From NCBI GenBank assembly GCA_030264375.1, contig JASCQW010000001.1:71330264-71394225 (forward strand): DNA of 63,962 nt, in the 5' to 3' direction. This stretch comes from Carcharhinus longimanus. Taxonomy: Eukaryota. The notes under the pieces are model-generated. The model was not told the origin of the DNA and made no database searches. It saw nothing but the letters and a program-made list of their open reading frames with translations. Shown piece after piece: positions 49,641-62,261 of the stretch (its first letter is position 1; every line of letters starts with the position of its first letter). The position numbers and the translations under genes are program-made.

Positions 49641-51679
49641 ATCCTGTTTCTGGACATTGTTCTTTGTATGTTACAACAGACGAATCCAAAGGTTACAGAG
49701 ATAAATCAGGGAAGTGGGATTAGGTACACTCATAGGTCAGGTCGCCTCTCTTTCAGAGAGCCAATGGTGAGTCGATGGGTTGAATGGCCCTCTTCTGCAC
49801 TGTAAGGATTCTGAAACCCAAGTCCGTGGGAGATAGCCTGACAATCTGTCTTCAATCTGATCTTGGTATTTGTTGGCCTGCCCTGTTGACTTCTGTTAGA
49901 ATGGAATTTAGAAAAGATTTAGTGCTGTTGCTAAAGTAATATATTAGTATCAAATCGGAGAAACAAGATTTCAAAGAAATGATAGTTTAGGGTTATTGCA
50001 AGTTAACGGGAACTCTGATTTTAGCTTTGTATGCACACTGCAAGGCATCCTGTGATGCACGTACAAAGATTGAAACGTTGAACACTGGAATACTCAAGGA
50101 TGAGGCCAATGCTATTCAGAGAACAATGCCCATTTATATTTCCACTCCATTAAGGAACTGCAAGAACAACCACCGTTATATTCCAACTACCTCTTTGTTA
50201 CTAGTATCAAGAGTGATGCAGAGACAAATTCTTATTGTTCTCTGGCCTGGAGCAACAGACTGACATGATGGGCCCAATAGCCTCCTTCTGTGCTGTAACC
50301 ATTCTCTGAACTCTCTGTATGCATGCTTTTAGGTTTGCATACAGCTCTACTCACCACCTTCTGTAGGGACTGTTCCTTGAAGTGCCAGATGCTTCAATGG
50401 CCCGACAGCAATACTAACAGAGTTTTAACTTCTGGGAGGGTCACCCAAGCCCCAGGCAAGTCAAAAAGTAGGAGCCAGACTAAAGATAACCCAGCAATGG
50501 TCCTAGTATAGATTGAGAGTTCAGTTAACAGCAATGTCTTTAGTTAGACAAACAACACACAAGTCTACAATATAAACTTATAACTGGAGGATTATGATCT
50601 GCTGGATGTAAGACATAATACTCTTAACTGCAATCAAATATTATGCTCTGAACAGACAGCAGTGAAAGACATGGATTGCCTCATGTACCTGTGCCACAAA
50701 GCACAAGAGTTCAATCTACTTACTCACTGGCAGTAAATTATCAATATTAATAGAGAAAGCTGAGGCACTACACTTTTTGGCAGAATTAATACAATATTAA
50801 AATAATCAGGTAGAAATGGAATATGCTCATTTTTGGTGATGTGGGAGAGAAAGGGAGGAAAGCCTGTACCTGAATAGTAACGTTCAAGGCATTTCCTATT
50901 TGGGTCTCATCGTTATTAATATCAAGCTGTGGCAGCACAAACGACCAATTATAAAGAAAGATTGGAGCCACCAATTTACAAATATGCCCCAAAATGTCAA
51001 AGTTTGAGAGTGGCCAAAATTTGAAGGCAGTGAGGTCAATTTTCACTCCAATGAATTGATGGGCAGCAACTGCCATAAAATGAGGATGATAGTCTTAATG
51101 CTTCATTACCATTGATGAAGAGGTTGACAACATTACCAAAATACCTATCATTAGGTCCCTAAGCTTTTGTCAGGTGATGTTCCCACCATGGCCACCATGC
51201 ATAGTTGCTGACCATTGAGTGACGACAGCTCAAAAAATTCTGGTGGACAACCTCTCAGTACTCTTGATATTAGTGTTTTTCAAATTTTTTTCTCACTGCG
51301 CATGCACAGTTCAGAGCTCTGATCGTTTCAGGCACGGTAAGTCCCACCCATAGCACAATTCAGACCCGCAATTTTTTTTCAAACTAAGTGCGTATAGGAG
51401 TGCCTGAGAACAAATTTCCAAGTCAGACTTGAATTCCACCCAGATTCAGCACTTAGAATGAATATGGCAAAATTGGGCCCAGTGTGTCTTCAAAAACTCA
51501 GCCTTTCTCTTGTATGAGATTAAGTGGGAGTTCAGCTGTTTTTAAAATGTCGATACAAACGTGATGGGTGAAAGGGCCTCCTCTGCACTGGATGATTCCA
51601 TGATTCTTTTAGATCACCACATTGTCCATTTTTTCACTGGAAATTGAGGGCTTAAAAATAAGTCAAGGAGAGAAACAGT

Positions 51680-52350
51680 GGATAGAATTTTCCCAAAATC
51701 TGAGAGAGTGTCAAGTTCAGACTCAAAACTGATGTTTATTTCTCCAGATGCACTGCCAAGTTTTTGCTCCAGATTTTCTGGCCTTCAGTGCACAGAGCCT
51801 GATAGAGCCGGCAAAATTGGCTCCACAGGGATCGAAGCCCCATCTTCACAGGGTGCCCTGCTCAATGCTGGAATAAATGCCACAGACAGACATCAAGCAG
51901 GTGGACCCCCCAGCAAACATCGGGACGGGTGGCCCCACTGCGGAAGCATCAGTGCCAAACCCAGGCACTACCACATTGGCACTACCAGGGGACTACCTGG
52001 GCATGTCTCCCACCCCCTGCAGCTGTGCACCACCAGCATGGTCATCGCAACTGGTTTTCATTTTTGATAATCAGGAGTGATTTGTGCCGGTGTGATGTCA
52101 CACTGGTTGGATGGGACGATACATTGAGAGCAATAGTAGCAATGTTAAGCCCTATAATGAGTTTCAAACTCATTATAAAATATGTTAATTAAACTCATGC
52201 CCTTCCTGGGTGTAAACCTGATCATGTCATTGGAAGAGAAAGATGAAGACGCCAAACTAAAATCTTGTTGGTGCGAATCCCGTTTTTGGGTCTCTTGCAA
52301 GATTTAATGACCATTACAGGGTTTGTGCTCATGACTAGCATGGTGGTGAG
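51680..52350. mobile_element. MITE-like non-autonomous repeat
   Basis: GTGTCAAGTTCAGACTCAAAACTG is the reverse complement of a segment at about 32818-32841; internal GGCACTACC units. Confidence 0.45.
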
Positions 52351-52830
52351 ATCATAAGACCTAGGAGCAGGGGTAGGCCATCTGGCCCCTCAAGTCTGCT
52401 CCGCCATTCAATAAGATCATGGCTGATTTGTTTGTGGACTCAGCTCTACTAACCCATCCGCTCACCATAACCCTTAATTCCTTTACTGTTCACAAAGTTA
52501 TCTATCTTTGTCTTAAAAATATTCAATGAGGTGGCCTCAACTGCTTCACTGGGCAGGCAATTCCACAGATTCATAACCCTTTGTGTGAAGAAGTTTCTCC
52601 TCAACTCAGCCCTAAATCTGTTTCTCTTCATTTTGAGGCTATGCCCCATAGTTCTAGTTTCACTGCCAGTGGAAACAATTTCACTGCTTCTATCTTTCCT
52701 AGCCCCTTCATAATCTTATATGTTTCTATAAGATCTCCCTTATTCTTCTGAATTCCAATGAATATAGTTCCAGTCTACTCAGTCTCCCCTTATGAGCCAA
52801 CCCTCGCAACTCCAGAATCAACCTAGTGAT
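52350..52830 (-). mobile_element. CR1 LINE 3' fragment
   Basis: Minus ORF MGHSLKMKRNRFRAELRRNFFTQRVMNLWNCLPSEAVEATSLNIFKTKIDNF plus CR1 tail. Confidence 0.9.
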
Positions 52831-52849
52831 CATGGCCAATCAATTTAAT

Positions 52850-53460
52850 ATAAATAAACAAGTTGTTATGGCAAAAATTGAGTGTGTTCGTTATAATTTC
52901 CCAAAGATGGTGATTGAGCAATTGTTCCTTTGGGCTGGTAAATTGCAAATGACGCTCCAATATTTAAGAGAGAGAGATAGAACCCGAGTAACCACAGACC
53001 TGTCAGTTTTATATTAGATATGGGAGAATTAATACGATTCATCATCAGAGACAAATCAACAGAATGTTTGGGCAAGTATGGGCTGAACAGTTAGGAAAGG
53101 TTTATGAATGATAAGTCATATCTGACTAACACAGTGAATGTTTGTGGAGATGGCTGGCATAGTGGTTTGGGATACTACTGGATATCCATACGGTCTTACA
53201 AAGAGGAGTTGGCAAAGCCCCATACAAGAGGTTAGTGGTGAAAGGAGGAAGTTCACTGAATTGTGGCAACCCCATGATGTGGGTCATTGTGGTTATTGGT
53301 TAGAAAACAAAGAGTAGAGATAAAGGGAATGTTCTTATCGAGGGGATGTGACAAGTGATTCTGCAGGGATCTCAGTGTTCACCATATATAATTCATGACT
53401 TAGGTGTGGAATAAATAGTTATATATCCAAGTTTCTAGATGTCACTTAGTTAAAAGACAT
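52850..53460 (+). mobile_element. Old CR1 reverse-transcriptase fragment
   Basis: Decayed motifs AAGTCATATCTGACTAAC (SCLTN-like), CCCCATACAAGAGGTTAGT and TCCAAGTTTCTAGATG (SKFADD-like). Confidence 0.55.
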
Positions 53461-53618
53461 ATTGGCCCAGATCCTTCAGTCAGTGATGGATCAAATGTGC
53501 CTTACACTGACTTCAACTTAAACTGTCCACACACTATTTTACACTGGAGATTTTGCACCTTCCATTCTTGTCCCAGCAGGAAGGCAGCAAAGAACAGAGT
53601 CAGGAGGTTATGTGGCAA

Positions 53619-53920
53619 GGGCAGTATAGTAGCACAGTGGTTAGCAGTGCTGCTGCACAGCACCAGGGATTTGTGTTCAATTCCTGGTTTGGGTCACTGT
53701 CTGTGTGGAGTCTGCACATTCTCCCCATGTCTGCATGGGTTTCCTCCTGATACTCCGGTTTCCTCCCACAGTCTGAAAGATGTGCTGGTTAAGTGCACAG
53801 GCCTTGCTAAATTCTCCCTCCGTGTATCCAAACAGAGTGTGGCGACTAGGGGATTTTCACAGTAACTTCATTGCAATGCTAATGTAAATCTACTTGTGAC
53901 TAATAAATACATAAACTTTA
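53619..53920 (+). mobile_element. HE1/V-SINE-like SINE, type B tail
   Basis: Head, core and GGATTTTCACAGTAACTTCATTGCAATGCTAATGTAAATCTACTTGTGACTAATAAA tail. Confidence 0.87.
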
Positions 53921-54250
53921 AATATAATTCCAACAAAGCCACATCTCCTTTCTCTGCTATGAACTGACTTACATTTTCCAATGGAACTGTTGGGGTTATT
54001 GGGCACACATCACAATAGTGATTTTCAATTTATACCTATTTTCAGCACTTTAATTTTCTGCTTTACTGAGTGTACTGACTACTGTTTGTTTATCTGTTTA
54101 ATGTTCAATAAGCTGATCTAGCAGTTTAAAGCCTTAAAGCATTTAGTCTTTTGCCTATCAAAGGGAAGGAAATCAAGTGGTGGCACAGGGTGTATTCTAG
54201 TAAGGTGCAGTATGTGACAAAGTTTCTCTCAACCAGGGTCTCTCTATATT

Positions 54251-54607
54251 TCATAGAATTACAGAATTCCTGCAATGCAGAAGGAGGCCATTCAGCCCGT
54301 CATGTCTGCACTGACTCTTTGACAGAGGATCTTACCTGAGTTCATTCCCTACCCCATCTCTATAACACTACATTTTATCCCACTAATCTACACATCTTGG
54401 GACACTAAGGGGCAACTTAGCACGGCCAATCTGCCTGATCTGCACATCGTTGGACTGTAGGAAAAAACTGGAGCACCTGGAAGAAACCCACACAGGCATG
54501 TGGTGAATGTGCAAACTCCAAACAGACAATCACCCAAGGCTGCAATCAAACCCAGGTTCCTGGTGCTCTGGGCAGCAGTGCTAACCAATTGTTACACCAT
54601 GCTGCCC
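54251..54607 (-). mobile_element. HE1/V-SINE-like SINE with CR1-type tail
   Basis: Reverse-complement head, core and tail. Confidence 0.85.
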
Positions 54608-57247
54608 CATATCTGGATACTTGGTAGTAAAGGCACATTCAGGCCAGTGGATACAAGGTACCCCAAAAAGAGTAGCTCGTGACACTAAATCCAAAAAAAC
54701 TATCTTGTCTGATAAATAACGCACAATCATTTTTGCATTCTTTAAACATCTCTGTAGCATACGTAGTCATAAGTTCACTGCAGTGAGAGTTAGCTGGCAA
54801 GTCCCAGAATGACCACTAGATGACAGCATTAACACAATGAAGCAAATTCTACACAAATGAATATTTCCACCAGATAAGTGTCATAGATCTTGATTTTGTG
54901 CAACAGAACAAAAGGAGTAATAGTGAATTAGCAGCATCTTTTAGATCTCACCCAATTTCTACTTCCATCGCTTTCACTGGATTGGCACCTTGACTGGGTG
55001 GAGAGGCTCGAGCATTCTGTCAATCCCATGAGTGATGCTGCCCAAATCTTAAACTCCAGGCAGGGTCACCCTGAGGGGAAGGTCGGAAGGGAGCAATCAG
55101 GTAAAGCACAATCCAAAACAAGTCCTCAATGGCAGGCAGATCAGCAGAAGATGCTCATATGGTATCAACAGCTGCGATCTTGGATGAAGGCTGCAACAAT
55201 AAGGAGATCCCCAGTTGACGAGGTCACCTTGCCGCTGGAACTGGACCAATCTTCTGCCAAGGACTGTATGGCTGCTGCTGTGCAATGTCATTCCCATGTT
55301 TAAAGATGTTCTACACCAGGCATCTACCTAGAGGATATCAACACATTCCCCATGTGGACAAGCCCCGTGGTGTTGGGAGAGGTGATGGGAACAGTACCGT
55401 GAGATTTGGAAGTCCCTAGCACATAGGTAGTGGAGTTTGATTCAGTCATCTCACTCTTGGAATAGAAACAGGAGAGTATTTTGGCAGCTTTCTTCACGAC
55501 TGAGCAACCCTACTCAGGTCCCCTAAAAATAATATGTTCCATCTGCATCCTGGCTACAAACAGCATCCAGCGGGCTCATCTTCCTGTGGGCAGAAAATCA
55601 AAGTTAAACTCAATTTCAGAACTTGGAACATACGAACCCTCATAGATAACGTACAGAACAACTGAGCGGAACAGAGAACTGCCCTTGTTGCCCGTGAACT
55701 CAAGCACTTCAGTGGTAACATTGCTGTCCTGCAGGAGACCCAGAGAGCAGGCAAAGGACACCTGAGGGAAGATGGCAGTGGTTACAACTTCTTCTGGAGA
55801 GGAAAGCCCAAAGATTTGACCAGGATGCATGGAATTGGATTCACCATCAAAAACAAACTCGTCAACCAACTCTTGGAGCATCAGCGTCAGCGAGCGTCTC
55901 TTGCCCCTCAGTCTGCAACTTGCCAAGGACCAACAAGCAACAATCATGAATGCCTACACCCAAACCCTTGATGCCAAAAATGAGTCCAAAGAAGGCTGGA
56001 TATCAGACTGTCCAACATCCCGAAGGAAAATAAGATTATCCTCCTTGGGGACATCAATGCCAGGGTTAGAAAGGACTCCCAATTTTGGAAAAGACCAATC
56101 AAAAAGGAATGAGTTGGGAATTGCAACTCCAATGAAGTTCTCCTGCTCACCAATGTGCGGAACGCTACCTTGTCTCATCACCAACCCAACACATTGTCCC
56201 TCCAAAATGACAAGTTCAAGAATTCCTGGAGACATCCACAATCAAAGAACTGGCACATGATGGATTACTTCATCGTCCAATCCTAAGGCCACAAAGATGC
56301 CTTCATACCGAAGTGATAACCAGGGTAGAGGATTGTTGGATAGACCACCAGCTCACCCTCTCTTCTATGTCCATCAAGCAGATGCGGAAGATGAAGAAAC
56401 AGCAAAAAAAATCAACATTGAGCAACTTCTTAGGCCAAGCATGCTAGCAAACTTCCAACAATGTCTTCACCATAATCTCCAAAGCTCTCTCTTGTGTACG
56501 TCATGATTGTCTCTTTAAGATAGTGTGGCAGAAGTGAGTTACCTGACTTGAGGGACCAATGGGAACTGAGAGTGAGTGATCATACCAGTGGGTGGAGTCC
56601 TAAGGCAGCCATGTAGTAAGCTTACATGCTGAGGCTGTACTCAAGGCAGCCTTAGTGTTGCAAACTCTCTATATCATAGTTTTCCTTTATCAATAATGAA
56701 GTCTAAAGCCCCTCTTGACAACTTCATTGTAATGGTGTGGAGGAAAACCGAAAGAGCTGAAGACAACTATATTCTCAAGCTGTGAAGATATCATCAGCTA
56801 CAAGACCAAGAAACGCCAAGACTGCTTTGATGAGAATGGTCACATCAGCCAAGACCTCATCTACAAGAAGAGGAAAGCTCTTTGCAACTGCCAAAATAAT
56901 ATCACCAGAAGGCAAGGAGGAGAGCTCATCAAACACGAAAGGCAAAAGTACAAAGAAGAACTAGGGAAATAAAGAACCAATGGTGGACTGAAAAAGCTAA
57001 GGAACTGCAACTCCTTGCCAACAAGCACAACACCTGGGGCCAAAAAAGTGCCACCAAAGCAATAAATGGACCCAACATCCTCGGCCTCAAACTGGTGCAG
57101 AGTAAGGACAGAATCCTTTTGAAAGACAGAGAAAATATATGTCGCTGACTGGATACAGCTTGATACAAAATGGTCAAGCACAGAAAGGCCTGATGGAAAA
57201 TGTGGCTAACTTCAGAATGAAGAGGCTTTAACTCCAGGCTTATGAGT

Positions 57248-57882
57248 ATCATAGAATCCCTATAGTGTAAAAGGATGCCAATTCGGTCCATCAAGTCTGC
57301 GCCGACTCTCTAATAGGCCCTATCCCCATAATCCCACATAATCCCACCGAATGCACGAAGCATTCGGAATAAAGTGGATGAGCTGGTGGCACAGATCGAC
57401 ACAAATGGATACGATCTGGTGGCCATTACAGAGACGTGGCTGCAAGGTGACAGGGACTGGGAGCTGAATGTCCAGNNNNNNNNNNNNNNNNNNNNNNNNN
57501 NNNNNNNNNNNNNNNNNNNNNNNNNNNNNNNNNNNNNNNNNNNNNNNNNNNNNNNNNNNNNNNNNNNNNNNNNNNGGCGGGGCAGGCTCGAAGGGCCAGA
57601 TGGCCTACTCCTGCTCCTATTTCTTATGTTCTTATGTTCTTATGTTCTTATCCCGCTAATCACCCTAATCCACACATCCTGGGACACTAAGGGACAACTT
57701 AGCATGGCCAATCAAACTAACCTACAGATCTTTGGACTGTGGGAGAAAACTGAAGCATTCGGAGTCTCAAAGACACAGGGAGAACGTGCAAACTCCATAC
57801 AGACAACCATTCAAGGCTGGAATTGAACCCAGGTCCCTGGTGCTGTGAAGCAGCAGTCTAACTTATGTACCACCATGCTGCG
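57248..57882 (-). mobile_element. HE1/V-SINE-like SINE interrupted by a CR1 LINE
   Basis: Tail at 57248-57349; core and head at 57650-57882. Confidence 0.8.
57350..57649 (+). mobile_element. Young CR1 LINE with its interior collapsed in an N-gap
   Basis: Open, CpG-retaining frame NARSIRNKVDELVAQIDTNGYDLVAITETWLQGDRDWELNVQ (endonuclease N-terminus), then the gap, then the CR1 3' end with (TTCTTATG)n. Confidence 0.88.
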
Positions 57883-60800
57883 TCGAGAGTGTGACTTGCA
57901 ATCACTCATGTATGAGTGAGTATGTGATCTGCAACAAGAAGACATGACCTGTGTTTACTTGCAACAAATGTCTTTGATTTTACGATGGGCAATATAAAGT
58001 CAGCAGGATGTTGGATAATAAATGCCTTTGAGGGAGAAGCTGACTGTGATGAATTAGCAGGATGGAAAACAACACCTATCCCTGATAACAAACCCATCCT
58101 AATTGATCAAATGGACAGGAGCCAGATACAAAACAGAGCCAGAAGACTGATTTTGAGTTAACTAAGATAATCAAGGACAGCTGACCCTAAGGTCAGGCAG
58201 CCTGCAATAAACTAATTTGAATGGTACACCAATGGTCAGTGCCTATGTGTGGAAATGTATGTTTTCAGCATGGCTCAGAGGATAAATATTGAAGTCTTGA
58301 AAGCAGAATTGGAAGAAGAAACTTTAAGCTCTAAGCTTGATGAAGTTTGATCCCTCTCTACACCTGTCTAGCATGAGTGAGTAGTGATTCACCTACTGGC
58401 CCATTAGATAAGCATTAGTAGTTGAAAACCTAAGCTTGTAAACTTATTATAGTTGATTTATAGAGTAATGGGAGCACTTACTTGTGAAACAGTGTAAGAG
58501 AAGAAACTTTGTGGCAATCATAAGTATTTAAGGTTTCTTAACATTTTCCTAATACAGACGTGATTTGATTTAAAGAAAAAGTTGTGTGTCTATCAATTGA
58601 CTCAAGCAAGGGTCTCAGTTAACACATCAGCCTTCGATGGAAAGAACACTTCATAGATCTGCTGAACAATGACACAATCATTGATGAGGACCTGTTTGAG
58701 GAGATCCCCCAATTCCCCACAAAAATGATCTTGGACTCCCACCAGGCTTGGATGAAGTTGAAGCTGCCACTAAAGAATGGAAAAGCCAAAGGAGTAGAGA
58801 TTCCAGGGGAAATTTTCAAACTTGGTGAAGAGGTCACCCATCATTTCCATCAGCTGTTCCTGAAAATCTGGGTCAAAGAAGAAATCCCTGGTGACTCAGG
58901 GATGCCGTCATTGCCATCACCTTGAAGGAGTCAGAGCAGACTACAGCAATTACTGAGGAATCACCATTTTTTTCCATTGCTAAGAACATCATTGACCGGA
59001 TCCTCACTAGCTGCCTTCTCTCAGTTTCTGAAGAAATCTTTCTGGAAAGCCACACTGGCTTCTGACCAAACTGTGGAAGAGCGGACATGATTTTCACTGC
59101 TCAGCAACTTAAAAGAAATGCCAAGAATAACATCAATCACTCTGCATGCCCTGATCGATCTGACCAAGATTTTTGACTCAGTTGGGAAGTGCAATGGAAG
59201 ATCCTGTCAAAGGCCAGCTCTCCAAAGCAATTCATCAGCATCCTCTGACTCCTCCATGACAAGATGTCGGCGACAATCCTCACAAACAGAAATATGACAG
59301 AAACTTTTGAGGTCAAGACTGAAGTCAAGCAGAGATGCATCATTGCCCCATTCTATTCTTCATCTTCATCCTACCATCCTTCACCTTGTCAAGAACAAGC
59401 TTCCTAGTGGAGTGAACGTTGCCTGCAGGATGAACAGAAAACCTTTCAACCTCAACTGACTGAAATCCAAGAAGAAAATGACACTAACATCATTCATTCA
59501 GTATGTGCATGACAACGCCATCTCCACTCTCCCAGAAGAGATTCTCCAAGCCATGCATGACACCTTTGAGGGGTGTACCGAAGAATCAGTCTAATCCTCA
59601 ACCTTCAGAAGACTCAATTTACCAGTCCACCCCAGGGCAATTTCTGGTCTCTCCCTCCATCAATATCAATGAAGAAACCCTCTCAAATGTGAAACATTTC
59701 TCTTACCTGGGGAGCCACTTCTCATCTAAGGCTGACACCCAACTTTGCATCCAATTTGTGAGTGCTGCCTTTGGACACCTGAGGATAAGAGTCTTTGATA
59801 ATTGCAATATTCATGCTGACACCAAGATCCTCTGGTGCAAGACAATCGTTCTTTTGATTCTTCTATACCGTTTAGGAACTTGGGCTACATATAGGCACCA
59901 CTTCAAGACCCCAGAGATGTCTCCTCAATGCTATCTGACACCGATTTTCCACATCAGCTGAGAGGATAAGTGTACTAACAGCAATATCCTTGAAGGAGGC
60001 AGGAGCACCAGTACTGAGGTCATCATCTTCCGAAACCAACTCCACTGCCATCCATGTGCTTAGGATGCTAAAGTCCCAACTGCCAAAGCAAATCTTCTTT
60101 GCCAAGCTCAAGGAAGGTATTCGAGGAAGAGGAGGACAAAGGAAACGCTTCCAAAATACCCCAAAGGCTTACCTCAATAAATGCAACATGGCCTGAAAGA
60201 CCTTGTTCGGAAGCGATCTAATTGGAGGAACCTCCTGAAAGAAGGAACACAATCCTTCCAAGATCACAGAAGGCTTGAGGAGGTCTGGAAAGCAAGCCTG
60301 AGTAAGGACTATCAGTGAAATAGAGTCCAAGGACTGAACCCACCTCCCGGAAACACCTGTCAAGTGTGCGGTGAGAGATGCAACTCTATGATCGGGCTTA
60401 TTAGGCATGCAAGGACCCACAGAACCAATGAGCAGTGGATTGGAGTTTCATAGGTGGACAATCATACTCGTTAGTGAATGATCACTGAAGAAAAGAAAAG
60501 AGACTTTCACTCTCTAGCCCTAAAACTAAAATACAAAATTCTATTCGTCATTTTATGTCTCACACTTAAGCATTCCAAATTATTCTTTTCCTTGTTTGTC
60601 TTAATATAATGGAGACTATATATTTATTAAATGATAAAGTATATCTGGCCAAGCAAACAAGGGCAGCTGTGGCCTTTTTTTGTGTCAAGCATTGTAGCAT
60701 GCCAAAGTGAGAACAAAATGAGGCCAAGTAATTGGCCCAAAAACTCTTACCTACTTATCTGTTACTGAATTCCTGTAATCCATTCTAAGCCTTTGCGTAA

Positions 60801-61128
60801 AGTTGCATCTCTGTCTTCTGTATGTGAACAATAAATTTATAATTATTTTTCTGCCTGTGCAACAAGATGGCACCTTTATAAGCCAGAGAATGGCCCATCC
60901 TTGCAAAATGTAGATGGTGTGATGGCTTCTTCTTCAGCACAGCCAAGTAGCTCTGATAGGACTGGCAAAGCTATATAATTAGGTAATGTTAGTCCACCAC
61001 AGATGGAGGNNNNNNNNNNNNNNNNNNNNNNNNNNNNNNNNNNNNNNNNNNNNNNNNNNNNNNNNNNNNNNNNNNNNNNNNNNNNNNNNNNNNNNNNNNN
61101 NNNNNNNNNTGTTCTATGTTCTAAATAC

Positions 61129-61577
61129 CTTCAGCAGAGTCGTGCAGCTGTATCTCAGTGAAGTCTTCCTTCTCAAAGTTCTTCGCTTTCTTCAAGTTTC
61201 CAGGGGACAAGGGGGGATCAGTGGGGATCACGGACATGGACTGGGAGAGGGACGTGCGCTGTAGGTTGGATTTCGGGAACAACTTCTTCAGTTTGGACTT
61301 CTTCTTCTTGTCCGCCGTCTCGGCGACTGCTGTGTCATCGTCGCTGTCCCCTGGGACGTTGAGGCTGGGGACGATGGCTGATGCTGAGTCAGAGAAGCCA
61401 TCTTTCTTCTTCCCCTTGAATTTGTCCTTCAGCCGCCCCAGAGTCGAGCGGGATTTGTCCTTCATCGACAGGTCAAACATGCTGGCTGTCATGTTGTTCC
61501 GCACAAACTGGATGTCTGCCTCAATTTCCCCTCTTTCCTTCTCCTTCTTCCCATTCTTGGACTGTAGCTTGTACCAC
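61129..61577 (-). CDS. RAB11FIP1: Rab11 family-interacting protein 1, internal exon (end of C2 domain and following region)
   Basis: Minus strand: poly-C/tttaag acceptor, WYKLQSKNGKKEKERGEIEADIQFVRNNMTASMFDLSMKDKSR...KSNLQRTSLSQSMSVIPT...LHDSAE, donor GTATTT; 449 nt, open frame. DIQF-RNNMTASMF and KSNLQ-T-LSQSMSV favour FIP1 over FIP2 or FIP5. Confidence 0.88.
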
Positions 61578-62007
61578 CTTAAAGGGGGGGGGGGGGAAAG
61601 AGGGCAGAATCCCATTAGCATCAACTTGCCCTAGCAAATGCAAAACTCATACCACATTAAAAACATGAAATAAAATGAGCAAAAAAAATTGCATTTAATA
61701 AATGCAAGTTGACCAACCGAGAAAAGGTCAAAAGAAATTACTTCCAGTATAAGTGGGGTGACCATTAGGGAAGCACATTGGCCTGAATTCTGTGATTCCA
61801 TACTCCCAATAGGAAGCCACACTCACATTTCTTAAAATATTCCATCTTTTTCAGCATCTGCTCCTACCCTACAGGCAATGTACATGGGATTGAACCTATT
61901 ACCATCTGCTGTCACAATGATGCACTAACATTTTCTCAGGCGGAGATTCTCGACCTTATTGTTTTCCATGTTATATAATTTTGACCTATATAGTTAATGT
62001 TTATTTA

Positions 62008-62261
62008 AAGTTTATTAACACTGCAATGAAGTTACTGTGAAAACTCCCAAGTCACCACACTCCAGCACCTGTTTGGGTGCACTGAGGGGGAATTTAGTAT
62101 GGCCAATGCACCTAACCAGACTATGGGAGGAAACCGGAGCACCTGGAGGAAACCCACTCAGACACGGGGACAATGTGCAGACTCCGCACAGACAGTGACC
62201 CATGCTGGGAATTGAACCCAGGTCCCTGGCGCTGTGAGGCAGTAGTGCTAACCACTGTGCC
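62008..62261 (-). mobile_element. HE1/V-SINE-like SINE, type B tail
   Basis: Reverse-complement head and core with ATTAACACTGCAATGAAGTTACTGTGAAAA tail. Confidence 0.87.

Larger units (their letters stand above)
57140..58624. mobile_element. Solo-LTR-like insertion (TG...CA) within the RTE
   Basis: Interrupts the RTE frame between KDRILLKDREN and ISLRWKEHF. Begins TGTCGCTGA and ends TCAGTTAACA (imperfect inverted termini). Confidence 0.55.
55000..60503 (+). mobile_element. Decayed near-full-length RTE-clade LINE, interrupted by insertions
   Basis: From about 55600: TWNIRTL...RTALVARELKHF-GNIAVLQET...GSGYNFFWRG (APE endonuclease). Later: LRWKEHF, GKAKGVEIPGEIFK, VKHFSYLGS, GGQRKRF, and a terminal C2H2 CQVCGERCNSMIGLIRHARTH (about 60358-60420). 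Many stops and frameshifts; the 5' boundary is approximate. Confidence 0.88.
4031..61109. other. Eight assembly gaps: 4031-4130, 6999-7098, 13706-13805, 37897-38006, 39652-39676, 45923-45972, 57476-57575, 61010-61109
   Basis: N runs. Five are exactly 100 N (probably placeholder length), and most abut repeats. Confidence 0.98.

Noticed and set aside
50720-54690. Possible minus-strand exons near 50870 and 54620-54685
   Set aside because: Only splice-like dinucleotides and short hydrophobic frames; no recognisable homology.
60751-60817. Minus-strand exon-like segment (cag|...|gtaaga) as the next RAB11FIP1 exon
   Set aside because: All three frames contain stops, and the phase-compatible peptide EDRDATLRKGLEWITGIQ* resembles no FIP sequence I know.
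61158-61634. 158-aa + strand ORF
   Set aside because: Antisense shadow of the RAB11FIP1 exon.
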